DNA of 64,000 bases from an uncultured Dehalococcoidales bacterium (GTDB lineage Bacteria; Chloroflexota; Dehalococcoidia; GIF9; UBA5629), in NCBI GenBank assembly GCA_964519615.1, contig CAZFIM010000002.1, positions 23,814 through 87,813 on the forward strand, read 5' to 3'. Positions 9,396 to 18,432 of the stretch are shown here, piece by piece; the stretch's first letter is position 1; each line of letters begins with the position of its first letter. The position numbers and the translations under genes were made by a program. The notes under the pieces are model-generated. The model saw nothing but the letters and a program-made list of their open reading frames with translations, did not search any database and was not told where the DNA came from.

Positions 9396-9926
9396 ATGGA
9401 CACAGAGGGAAAATCAATTAGTCTGCGAACTGTGGGCATTGTAAGAAACGTATTAAAAGAGCCTTTTCTTAAGGCAGGAGACAGCGATATTGAAATGCAC
9501 GGCGAAATAGACGCTGTCAGGGAAGAAGTCCGCCAATCGTACCAGATGATTTCAGAAATTATTATTGACAAGGACATAATGAATATCCTCGCCGGAATAG
9601 AAGAGTATTCTCATCTTGTAGTGCTTTACTGGGCGCATCAAGTACCGGAAAAGAGCCGTCTATTAACGCAGGTACATCCAATGGGTAGAAAGGAGACTCC
9701 TATCTCCGGGATATTTTGCACGTGCAGTCCCGCTCGCCCCAATCCGGTGCTTATGTCCGTGGTCAGCCTGTACAAAAGGAAAGAAAACGTATTGCAGGTT
9801 CGCGGCTTGGATGCGGTTGACGGGAGCCCTGTTATAGATATCAAGCCATATGTCAAAGAGTTTTATCCCAAAGGCAAAGTTACAGTTCCTGAATGGATGA
9901 AACAGCTTTGCCTGGAGATGAGTTAA
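9396..9926 (+). CDS. TsaA/TrmO (YaeB)-like SAM-dependent methyltransferase-fold protein
   Basis: UPF0066-type pattern: IGIVRN, SHLVVLYWAHQ, PNPVLMSVVSL, VRGLDAVDGSPVIDIKPYV. Confidence 0.8.
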   Translation: MDTEGKSISLRTVGIVRNVLKEPFLKAGDSDIEMHGEIDAVREEVRQSYQMISEIIIDKDIMNILAGIEEYSHLVVLYWAHQVPEKSRLLTQVHPMGRKETPISGIFCTCSPARPNPVLMSVVSLYKRKENVLQVRGLDAVDGSPVIDIKPYVKEFYPKGKVTVPEWMKQLCLEMS

Positions 9927-10537
9927 TGAGTACCTTAGATAATGCCGAAGGATCCGGACACGGATTCAGACATGGATGCGGTAGAGGTATGGGCCCGAGC
10001 AGCTTCTGGATGCATGACCCTGAGGTTCTTTTCAATGCCATTAGACTAAAAAGAGGGGATACCTTTCTGGATTTGGGCTGTGGTTCGGGTGACTATGCGG
10101 TTTATGCAGCTCAAATCGTCGGAGAAGATGGGGTGGTATATGCACTGGACAGATGGCAGGAAATGATCGGTGACTTGCTGGCAAAAACGGATTCGCAGGG
10201 ACTGGAGAATATAATCGGAGTGATTGCCGATATTACCGCGCCGCTGCCGCTGCAAGAACACTGCATTGATGTGTGCATGATAGCTACAGTGCTTCATACA
10301 CTGGATACTGGTAGAGCGGTAAGGACGCTATTTACTGAAATCCGGCGCGTTCTAAAGCCGGACGGATATCTTGCCGTCATCGAGTGTAAAAAGGAAGAGA
10401 TGTCTTTTGGCCCGCCGATGCACATACGTTTATCGCCGGAGGAAATAGAGGAACTGGCAGTACCGTGCGGCTTTAAGAGGGCTGCTTTTACCGATCTTGG
10501 ATATAACTATCTGATTCAATATAGCGTCTTACGATAA
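9926..10537 (+). CDS. class I SAM-dependent methyltransferase
   Basis: Motif I LDLGCGSGDY and post-I/II motifs. Its ATG overlaps the upstream TAA as TAATG, indicating translational coupling. The longer ORF from 9893 was discarded. Confidence 0.8.
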   Translation: MSTLDNAEGSGHGFRHGCGRGMGPSSFWMHDPEVLFNAIRLKRGDTFLDLGCGSGDYAVYAAQIVGEDGVVYALDRWQEMIGDLLAKTDSQGLENIIGVIADITAPLPLQEHCIDVCMIATVLHTLDTGRAVRTLFTEIRRVLKPDGYLAVIECKKEEMSFGPPMHIRLSPEEIEELAVPCGFKRAAFTDLGYNYLIQYSVLR

Positions 10538-10714
10538 TAAACGATTATTGCAGAAACCGTGGAGTAAACAGGTAGAGAGAGCATTTCTTAAAGAGTACAA
10601 AAGTGGTCCTTGCAGCAGGAGATCGGGATAATACCTGAAGAGCATTACTTGCACCACGCGGGATAAAAGCACTTTCAATATTATGAAGTATAAAAAGGAT
10701 TATCGGTAGCGGAA

Positions 10715-10734
10715 ATGTTAGCTATTACTAACAT
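10715..10734. promoter_or_regulatory. candidate DtxR/IdeR-type iron-box palindrome (ATGTTAG-ctatta-CTAACAT) upstream of the DtxR-family gene
   Basis: 7 bp perfect inverted repeat with TTAGC/GCTAA-like half sites, 20 bp upstream of ATG 10755. It resembles the TTAGG..CCTAA iron-box architecture. Confidence 0.4.
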
Positions 10735-10754
10735 ATTAGAGAGGATAGAGCATA

Positions 10755-11264
10755 ATGATCACCAGCATCGTATTTACGAACAAGCCTACGCCCAGTCTTG
10801 AGGATTACCTTAAGACCATAGCTATCCTTAAGGAACAAGCCGGTAAGGTTACGGTTACGGCGTTGAGCGAATCGGTCGGCGTGAAGAAGCCGAGTGTTTC
10901 CTGGGCAATAGCACGGTTATCCGCCGCCGGATTGGTCCTGCATGAAAAATACCGTGATATTGAGCTTACTTCTGAAGGTGCACAGGTAGCTGCTGATATC
11001 TATAACCGCCATAAAGCGCTGCGCCGTTTTCTGGTTGATATTCTCAATGTCGATGCCAAGACGGCTGATATCGATGCCTGTCGAGTTGAGCATGTACTTA
11101 GCTTTTCCAGCTTTGTCAGGCTGGAAAAGCTTACGGATTATATATTGGGCTGCCCGAGGCATGATCATGTGTGGTCGAAAAGATTTAATCACTATGTTGA
11201 ACATGGTGAGAGGAATACAGGTCGATTAGCGGTGCCTCCCGGGGAAGATAAAGGAAAGCAATAA
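10755..11264 (+). CDS. DtxR/MntR-family metal-dependent transcriptional regulator
   Basis: N-terminal LEDYLKTIAILKEQAGKVTVTALSESVGVKKPSVSWAIARL followed by a dimerisation/metal-binding region. The DtxR C-terminal SH3-like domain is absent. Confidence 0.85.
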   Translation: MITSIVFTNKPTPSLEDYLKTIAILKEQAGKVTVTALSESVGVKKPSVSWAIARLSAAGLVLHEKYRDIELTSEGAQVAADIYNRHKALRRFLVDILNVDAKTADIDACRVEHVLSFSSFVRLEKLTDYILGCPRHDHVWSKRFNHYVEHGERNTGRLAVPPGEDKGKQ

Positions 11265-11445
11265 AAAAACCGGCCGTAATAGTTAGTCTTATTTGACTTA
11301 ATTATGCACGATATCCGGTTTTGTAATAAAGCAAAGCGATAGATGTGCATCTGCCGGGTTAAGCGGGCTAAATGCATATCTGACCACAGTGATTATTACA
11401 TGCTACAGCTAAAATAATGCCATATATATGCCTGAGGAGGTAAAA

Positions 11446-14400
11446 ATGTATGTCGCAGGAATAGATATAGGGTACTCTTCAACGAAAGTATCACTGATCA
11501 ACAGAAGCGGTGAAATAGAGTGCAGCAGCTATAGTATGCATAGAGGGCAGATCAAGCCATCGATTAAAGAGGCACTCCGTGAGCTGCTTGCAAAGTACAG
11601 CCTGTCAGAAATTTCACTGGGTGCGGTTACCGGCAGCGGCAGCGATTTACTGGTAAAACCGGGTGCTGTGGAATCTGTAAATGAGGTGCAGTCACTGGTG
11701 GAAGGCGCAATGCAGGTAAATAATACGGCTCATTCCATTATTGAAATCGGCGGTCAGAGCGCAAAATACATTACCGGGTTTAGCAAGCAGGATAAGTCAC
11801 ACATAAAAATGTCCATGAACGCCAACTGCTCCGCTGGCACCGGATCGTTCCTGGAAGAGCAGATGTCCCGGTTGAATATGGAGATTGGAAATTACTCCAC
11901 CTGTGCAAGCAAGGCCAAGTCAATACCCAGAATAGCCGGCCGGTGCAGTGTATTTGCGAAGACGGATATTATCCATCATCAGCAGGAAGGAACTCCGGTG
12001 GAGGATATTTTAATGGGCCTTGCTTATGCTCTGGTGAAAAGCTACAGAGGTTCGGTTATCAGAAAACTCTCAATGGTAAAACCAGTGCTGTTTATCGGCG
12101 GAGTAGCGCATAATGAGGCGATCGTTACTGCATTGAGGGATATACTTTGTCTGAATAATAAAGAGTTGATTATCCCGGAGTACTGCGGTAATGTTGCTTC
12201 CGTCGGGGCGGCAGTTATCGCTCTGCAAAACAATATCAGGATAGATATTCCCCTGTTGTTAGCCGGTCTGGACGAGGTATCGGAATTTCATGATGTTTCG
12301 CAGGATACAGGTGCGCTGCCTGCGCTGGCGGCTTTCGGTGATGGGGACAGCAGAAATAAGCATGTGTGTAAGGAAATAGTACCCGGGCAGCGTGGTCTGG
12401 CCTGCTATCTGGGGGTTGATGTCGGTTCCACCAGCACCAATCTGGTGCTGGCTGATGAGAAAGAAGAAATAGTCTCATATAAATATTTACGTACGCGGGG
12501 GAATCCTGCCCAAGCAGTTATAAACGGCTTAAAGGAACTGGAAGAAGAGCTTGATGATAAAGTTAATATACTCGCTGCAGGAGTAACCGGATCGGGCCGT
12601 TACATGATTGGTGCGCTTATTGGTGCCGACAGCATAAAGGATGAGATTACTGCCCAGGCCAGGGCTGCCGTAGCTGTGGACAGCAGCATAGATACGATAT
12701 TCGAGATAGGCGGACAGGATTCTAAATTTATTAGTCTTGCCAGTGGCATCGTTACCGATTTCCAGATGAATAAGGTATGCGCAGCCGGGACCGGATCTTT
12801 TATAGAAGAGCAGTCCCACAAGTTTAATATACCCATAGATAATTTCGGCGAACTGGCGCTCAGCAGCAGTAATCCTATTAACCTGGGTGAAAGATGTACG
12901 GTTTTTATCGAGACCAGTATTGCTGCCAATCTTTCCTCCGGTGCGGAATTGAAAGATATCGCCTCCGGACTCTGCTATTCCGTTGCCAGGAATTATCTCA
13001 ACAGGGTGGTCGGACAAAAAAAGATCGGCAATAAAATATCTTGTCAGGGAGGCATTGCCTACAATCAGGGTATAGTAAATGCCTTCAGGTCTCTTACCGG
13101 CAAGCCTGTTTCCGTTCTTCCTTTTTTCAGTGTCAGCGGGGCTTATGGTGCTGCCATTCTGGCTAAAGAAGAGATTGGTGACAAAAATACGCTATTTAAA
13201 GGATTCCATATAGAAAGTCCTCAGAAACAAGTAGATAAACGATTGGAAAAACCAAAATCAGGTAATACTGCAAAATTTAATAAATCGATTGAGGAACTGG
13301 TATTTGAGGGATATGATAGAGTAATCGATATCAGGAGAGCCACAGTGGGAATACCCCGTGCATTATTCGCTTACGGCATGTTTCCCATGTTCAATACTTT
13401 TTTCAAAGAACTGGGCTTCAATGTCTTACTTTCAGATCCTACCAGTGAAGAGACCATCAGATTGGGGCAGGAATACTCACTCGATGAGACCTGCTACCCG
13501 GTCAAGCTGATCAACGGCCATGTTGCCGAGCTGGTGCAAAAAAAGGTGGACTATATTTTCTTTCCCGACCTTTATACGGTAGACCACCCCGGTTCACATA
13601 CCCGCCAGAACTATGGCTGTGTCTATATGCAACTTGCTTTTAAAATGATTAATCAGGCCATGGAGCTCAAGATAAAAGGTATAGAATTACTGGCGCCGAC
13701 CATTGCCTTCAATCTTGGCAAAGAGTTCATGCTAAAAAGTTTCCTGGACCTGGGGCGGCAGATGGGTAAAGACCCGCAATTGACAACCCGGGCTCTACAA
13801 AAAAGCATGCAGGCTATTCTCGCTTTTGAAAACAGGATGGAGGAGAACGGGAAGATTGTGATGGCAAGTATCAAGCCTAGTGAAAAAGCGTTTGTTCTTA
13901 TCTCGAAGATATACGGTATTGCCGATCCCGTATTGAATATGGGTATACCGGGCAGGCTGATGGATATGGGCTATAAGGTGTTATCATTTTTTGATCTGCC
14001 CGAAGGTGATATATCGCAAGAGCACCCGAATATGTACTGGCCTTTTGGACAGCATATACTTGAGCCGGTCAAGCTCATCAAACAGCACCCTGACCTGTAT
14101 GCCATACTCCTTACTCATCACGGCTGCGGCCCGGACTCGGTAATGCTCCATTACTTCAAGGAACTTATGGGAGATAAACCCTATTTAAATATTGAGGTTG
14201 ATGAACACTCTTCTGATGTCGGCGTCATTACAAGGATAGAGGCATTTGTTAATAGCTTGAGAAAGCTTCCGGCAAAGAAAGCCGGCGGTACAGAAATTTA
14301 TGCCGGAAACAAGTGCAGCGAGAAGGTGCAAATTAGAAACAGGCTGGCAGGACTGAAAGATGGTGCGACATTGTATCTTCCACAAATGTATCCCTATTCT

Positions 14401-15441
14401 CATATATTTGAAAAAATCCTCATTGGTAAAGGAATAAATGCCAGAGTACTTCCCCAAACCGATATTGTCTCTATAGATATCGGTAAGAAATATACGCTCA
14501 CCAATGAATACTTATCCTTAACAGCACTCCTGGGTGATGCCCTGAAAGAACTTGGAAAAGCGGACAGGGATGAAGTAAGCACAGCTTTTCTTATACCGCA
14601 AACTGAGGGGGCTGAAGTATACGGGCAGTACAACCGGTTCCTGAGAGCGAAACTTGATGAAGCAGGGTACCGTGATACTGATATAATTGCACCTTTTGTA
14701 GAGGATGCCGTCTATCAAAACGGTGAAGATTTGAGGTCTATTTATCTGGGTCTGCTGGCCGGTGATATTGTAAGGATTGCCCCGGCCGGGCATAGGGATG
14801 GCTGTTTAAAAAGAATAACAGAGTCGATCACAAGGAAACAATTCGAGATAGATACTCTGGTAGAAATGGCAAGGGAGTTGAAAACTGTAATTAAATCTGC
14901 CGGATGCGAGGGAAAGAGGATCTTTGCTATCGGAGAACCTTTCATTCTATTCAATGATTTCTTGAACGGCTTTATCCTGAAAGATATCGAGGCAAATGGA
15001 CACAGGGTGATATATTGCCCGTTCAGTGAATACATGTGGCTGATGTGGCAGGACTATGTGGAGCAGAATGGAAAAGATAAATCAACGGATCTGCGCCGAA
15101 GTCTGAATGAATTCGAAAGATATATAAGTGCGGTATCCGGCTGTTTCTCAGAAGAGACTCCCTTTGAGAAGGATCTTAAGGAATTTGCTGCTGCTGCGGA
15201 TGACAAGATCAAATATTATGCCGGCTGGAGCGGCAGATACCGTGAGGCTAAATTACTCAGCGATTTGCCGAATATTCAAGGTTCTATCACTGTAGCCTCT
15301 ACGTATGAAAACACCGGAATAGCACTGGGAATATTGCATAGAGGTTTTGAGAATGGAATGCCGGTTCTCAATCTCACTTTCGATGGTAATAAAAATAGAA
15401 ATGATCAGTCAAAAATCGAGGCCTTTATTCATTATCTATAG
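11446..15441 (+). CDS. large fusion protein: two tandem BadF/BadG/BcrA/BcrD (HgdC-type) activase ATPase domains plus a 2-hydroxyacyl-CoA-dehydratase-like C-terminal domain
   Basis: Two copies of the acetate/sugar-kinase-fold activase pattern (GIDIGYSSTKV...EIGGQ...CAAGTGSFLEEQ and GVDVGSTSTNLV...EIGGQDSKFI...CAAGTGSFIEEQ). A roughly 750 aa C-terminal domain follows. RBS GAGGAGG sits 5 nt before ATG 11446. The ORF from 11428 was discarded. Confidence 0.85.
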   Translation: MYVAGIDIGYSSTKVSLINRSGEIECSSYSMHRGQIKPSIKEALRELLAKYSLSEISLGAVTGSGSDLLVKPGAVESVNEVQSLVEGAMQVNNTAHSIIEIGGQSAKYITGFSKQDKSHIKMSMNANCSAGTGSFLEEQMSRLNMEIGNYSTCASKAKSIPRIAGRCSVFAKTDIIHHQQEGTPVEDILMGLAYALVKSYRGSVIRKLSMVKPVLFIGGVAHNEAIVTALRDILCLNNKELIIPEYCGNVASVGAAVIALQNNIRIDIPLLLAGLDEVSEFHDVSQDTGALPALAAFGDGDSRNKHVCKEIVPGQRGLACYLGVDVGSTSTNLVLADEKEEIVSYKYLRTRGNPAQAVINGLKELEEELDDKVNILAAGVTGSGRYMIGALIGADSIKDEITAQARAAVAVDSSIDTIFEIGGQDSKFISLASGIVTDFQMNKVCAAGTGSFIEEQSHKFNIPIDNFGELALSSSNPINLGERCTVFIETSIAANLSSGAELKDIASGLCYSVARNYLNRVVGQKKIGNKISCQGGIAYNQGIVNAFRSLTGKPVSVLPFFSVSGAYGAAILAKEEIGDKNTLFKGFHIESPQKQVDKRLEKPKSGNTAKFNKSIEELVFEGYDRVIDIRRATVGIPRALFAYGMFPMFNTFFKELGFNVLLSDPTSEETIRLGQEYSLDETCYPVKLINGHVAELVQKKVDYIFFPDLYTVDHPGSHTRQNYGCVYMQLAFKMINQAMELKIKGIELLAPTIAFNLGKEFMLKSFLDLGRQMGKDPQLTTRALQKSMQAILAFENRMEENGKIVMASIKPSEKAFVLISKIYGIADPVLNMGIPGRLMDMGYKVLSFFDLPEGDISQEHPNMYWPFGQHILEPVKLIKQHPDLYAILLTHHGCGPDSVMLHYFKELMGDKPYLNIEVDEHSSDVGVITRIEAFVNSLRKLPAKKAGGTEIYAGNKCSEKVQIRNRLAGLKDGATLYLPQMYPYSHIFEKILIGKGINARVLPQTDIVSIDIGKKYTLTNEYLSLTALLGDALKELGKADRDEVSTAFLIPQTEGAEVYGQYNRFLRAKLDEAGYRDTDIIAPFVEDAVYQNGEDLRSIYLGLLAGDIVRIAPAGHRDGCLKRITESITRKQFEIDTLVEMARELKTVIKSAGCEGKRIFAIGEPFILFNDFLNGFILKDIEANGHRVIYCPFSEYMWLMWQDYVEQNGKDKSTDLRRSLNEFERYISAVSGCFSEETPFEKDLKEFAAAADDKIKYYAGWSGRYREAKLLSDLPNIQGSITVASTYENTGIALGILHRGFENGMPVLNLTFDGNKNRNDQSKIEAFIHYL

Positions 15442-15584
15442 ATCAGAAATGCAGGCTACATTTTTGTGATACTCCGCCCGCAAGCTGTATAATACGAAAA
15501 CATACCCCGATACCTATCCTGTAACACAAGGTGGCAAAACCGCTCTTATGCGCGATGGGTACAGTTTATAAAGGAGGGCTTATA

Positions 15585-16376
15585 ATGTCAGACCGCGCTT
15601 CCGATAAAATAAGGGGGCTGCTGCTGCTGGTCGACCGCATGAATATGAAAGGCCTGCGGCACTGGGGCGGTGAGCTTATGAGGAGAAAAATACCCGCTGT
15701 TATATCGTTAAACCCGGCCACTCTGGAGAGCGATTGTGAGATGGTCAAGCAGCTTGCTGCTGACGGGTTTGAGATTGCCGGCGCCTACAATGAAGGCCCT
15801 TTCTGGAATGAAAGCTACGAGTTTCAGCGTACGATAATATCCCGCACAATGGAGAAGATTTCTGCCTGCATCGGCAAGCCGGGCCGCGTCTTTCACGCCA
15901 AGTATTTCAGTTATAACGAGGACACGCTCAAGATAGCGGACGAGCTCGGCATCGGCTTCATCCTGGCGCGGGGGAGCGCTGGTGTGAGGGGGGTGGTGTA
16001 TAAACCGCAGGAATACGGCTGCCGTATTATCTCGGTAAGCAATGTGCCTTCTAAAGGAAAGGGCACCGGCTCGCTGTGCGATGAATCGCTTCGCTGCAGG
16101 ACTGAGCCCCCTGCTACGCTGCGGGAGCTGCTATTCAGTTTATCGGTGGACAGGATAGTGCTGGTGGCGCAAACACATGTCAGCGGTGTAAAGCTGCACT
16201 GGTGGAACGTGTACCGGGACTTTTTTGACGCGGACATCGTCTCCTGGCAGAGTCTGGACCAATTCTGCGCAAATCCGCAGGTGATGCCGAACTTGCAGAT
16301 ACCCTATAATACCGCAATGGACTATATGGAGCCCAAACCGCTGATACCTCTGGAGCAGGAGGAGGACCTGGTTTAG
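15585..16376 (+). CDS. hypothetical protein (cytoplasmic, no recognisable family)
   Basis: 263 aa ORF with a strong RBS AAGGAGGG 7 nt upstream of ATG 15585. It lies directly downstream of the activase-fusion gene. Confidence 0.55.
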   Translation: MSDRASDKIRGLLLLVDRMNMKGLRHWGGELMRRKIPAVISLNPATLESDCEMVKQLAADGFEIAGAYNEGPFWNESYEFQRTIISRTMEKISACIGKPGRVFHAKYFSYNEDTLKIADELGIGFILARGSAGVRGVVYKPQEYGCRIISVSNVPSKGKGTGSLCDESLRCRTEPPATLRELLFSLSVDRIVLVAQTHVSGVKLHWWNVYRDFFDADIVSWQSLDQFCANPQVMPNLQIPYNTAMDYMEPKPLIPLEQEEDLV

Positions 16377-16386
16377 ACGTCCCGCT

Positions 16387-17469
16387 TTACGGCTTGCATT
16401 CTACACTGATGCGGGTACCCTGACCGGGGCCACTCTGGATATGTAGCGTGCCTATAGAGCCCGCTCTCTCTCTGATGCCTATGAGCCCCAGCTTGCTCTT
16501 GGATGCGAACACGTTTATCTTCTCCGGCACTTCAAATCCCACGCCGTTATCTGAAATCTCTAATTTAACATTCCCCGCATCGTGGAATTCGAGGGTGACC
16601 AGCACTTCCGTGGCCTGGGAATGCAGCTTGATATTGTTCAAGGATTCTTCCACAATGCGTATGAGGGTGATATCCATTCCCTTAGGAATCTGGACTTCCT
16701 GCCCTTTTATCACCATTTTGGCATTCATGTGAGTTTCATTCTTCAGCCTGTCTACCAGCCATCTTAAAGCAGCCACGAAACCAACATCATCGAGCAGGCC
16801 GGGCCGTAGATCGATCGCCAGTTGCCTCAGCTTATTGGAAACCTGGATAACGCTGTCTTTTACGCCCATTGCCTCGTTCTGCAATTTGGCCTTGGTCAGG
16901 TTATTCTTGTTGACGGCGATATTCTGCACCTTGCTGGCTATCAGCAGGAGCGAATGAAGCGTATCGTCATGAATCTCCTGGGCAAGACGTTTGCGCTCAA
17001 CCTCCTGCGCCCGGAAAATTTGCGCAATATTGGCCTGCCGTTCATTCTCCCTGTCCATAAGCAGCCCGCGCTCTTTTTTGCGCCAGTTGAGCTCTATGGT
17101 GACGATGGCAATCAAAAGCAAAGGAATACTGAGATAAAACACGTTTTCCAGAACCATTATATTCAATGATCTGTAATAGAACGCCATGGGCATGACCACA
17201 AGCAATGAAATAGCCCAGATAACCAGCGTACCGTACCACCATAAGAATACTGCGGATACAATGAGAGGAATGGTAAAGAGCATACCGTGAAAATGGCTGC
17301 GGAACTCCACTATTACCAGCCGTCTTATCCAATCAGGCAGGTCATGCACAAAGACGGTAGCACCGTAAAAGAGAGCCAACGCAATGACAACGATCAGGAT
17401 TGTTAAAAAGAGCGGGTTGGAGAAAAGTTTTCTTGTTTGTGCCGGAGATATGTTGCTTAATGTATGCAT
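16387..17469 (-). CDS. sensor histidine kinase, NarL/LuxR-partner type (HisKA_3 + HATPase), membrane-embedded sensor
   Basis: N-terminal TM helices with almost no periplasmic loop. H-box ERKRLAQEIHDDTLHSLL and a C-terminal ATPase with G-boxes (DNGVGF, GLIGIRERA). Confidence 0.85.
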   Translation of the reverse strand: MHTLSNISPAQTRKLFSNPLFLTILIVVIALALFYGATVFVHDLPDWIRRLVIVEFRSHFHGMLFTIPLIVSAVFLWWYGTLVIWAISLLVVMPMAFYYRSLNIMVLENVFYLSIPLLLIAIVTIELNWRKKERGLLMDRENERQANIAQIFRAQEVERKRLAQEIHDDTLHSLLLIASKVQNIAVNKNNLTKAKLQNEAMGVKDSVIQVSNKLRQLAIDLRPGLLDDVGFVAALRWLVDRLKNETHMNAKMVIKGQEVQIPKGMDITLIRIVEESLNNIKLHSQATEVLVTLEFHDAGNVKLEISDNGVGFEVPEKINVFASKSKLGLIGIRERAGSIGTLHIQSGPGQGTRISVECKP

Positions 17470-17478
17470 CTGTGCTGA

Positions 17479-18189
17479 TTACTCTATATCATCGGAGGTA
17501 ATTAACCGTGCACGTAGCCCTGTAATGACCGCTTCAGTACGTGAACTGACATTCAATTTGGCAAATATTTCAACCATGTAACTTTTTACCGTATGTAAAC
17601 TCAGGTTCATTTCATGCGAGATATCCTTGTTGCTCAGGCCTCTTGCCGCAAGCCTGAGGATCTCGAGTTCTCTGGCAGTAAGCGTGTCCTTGGCATCCAG
17701 AACGAGCGGCTTTAACGGATACTGCAGGGCATGCTTGAGCACCTGTGTGAATATCTCTGTGACCATCACTATTTCGCCTTTGCTGATGGCCCGTATCGCC
17801 GTAATTATTTCATCTTCATATGATACGCTTTTGGTAAGATATCCCGCCGCTCCCGCATCTAGTATGCTCAAGATGTGCTCGATATCGTCATAAATGGTCA
17901 GTACCAGTATAGCCATACCCGGGCACTTAGCTTTGATTTGTTGTGTAGCCTGCAGTCCGTTCAAGACGGGCATGCCGATATCCATTATCACCATATCCGG
18001 CATCAATTCGCAGGCCAATTTCACCGCCTCTGCGCCGTTGCCTGCTTCTGCGATTACCGTAAAATCAGCCTGTTTTTCCAGTGTCTCCCGGACCGCTTTG
18101 CGAAACAGAGGATGATCATCGGCCAGCAAGATAGTTATCGCTTTATCGGCGGGACTGCGTGTAGATTTCTTACTCTTCCAACCCATCAT
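17479..18189 (-). CDS. response regulator, NarL/LuxR family
   Basis: Receiver domain (ILLADDHPLFR...MDIGMP) plus a C-terminal LuxR HTH (LTARELEILRLAARGLSNKDISHEMNLSLHTVKSYMVEIFAKL). Confidence 0.9.
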   Translation of the reverse strand: MMGWKSKKSTRSPADKAITILLADDHPLFRKAVRETLEKQADFTVIAEAGNGAEAVKLACELMPDMVIMDIGMPVLNGLQATQQIKAKCPGMAILVLTIYDDIEHILSILDAGAAGYLTKSVSYEDEIITAIRAISKGEIVMVTEIFTQVLKHALQYPLKPLVLDAKDTLTARELEILRLAARGLSNKDISHEMNLSLHTVKSYMVEIFAKLNVSSRTEAVITGLRARLITSDDIE

Positions 18190-18432
18190 GATAAATCATT
18201 GTAGCACAGACGAATTTTACACATAAAAGATACGAAAGTATACATTATATCCAACTTTTTATCGTTTACAGAGAGCGGTAAATGCATGTTAAATACTACT
18301 GCAGCCAGATATTTAAGGCCAGGCAGGGCGGCGCATGTGTATGGGTATTGCAGGAACCCACTCTGTGATTTTTATTGTTTTTGTATTGTGAGAAGGTCCT
18401 GCATTGCCGATAACGATCCCGGAGGAATTGCG

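Noticed and set aside
11428-11445. Longer N-terminal extensions of several ORFs (11428, 15531, 18286, 28262, 9893, 3304, 48710, 51446, 53887, 59705)
   Set aside because: In each case an internal ATG or GTG preceded by a good Shine-Dalgarno sequence gives a protein whose N-terminus matches family expectations. The extensions are non-conserved-looking, or Cys/Arg-rich, or overlap the upstream gene.
18190-18432. Possible riboswitch in the 240 bp leader upstream of the GRE
   Set aside because: No recognisable conserved riboswitch core was seen by eye. The region is more simply explained as the divergent promoter and response-regulator binding region.
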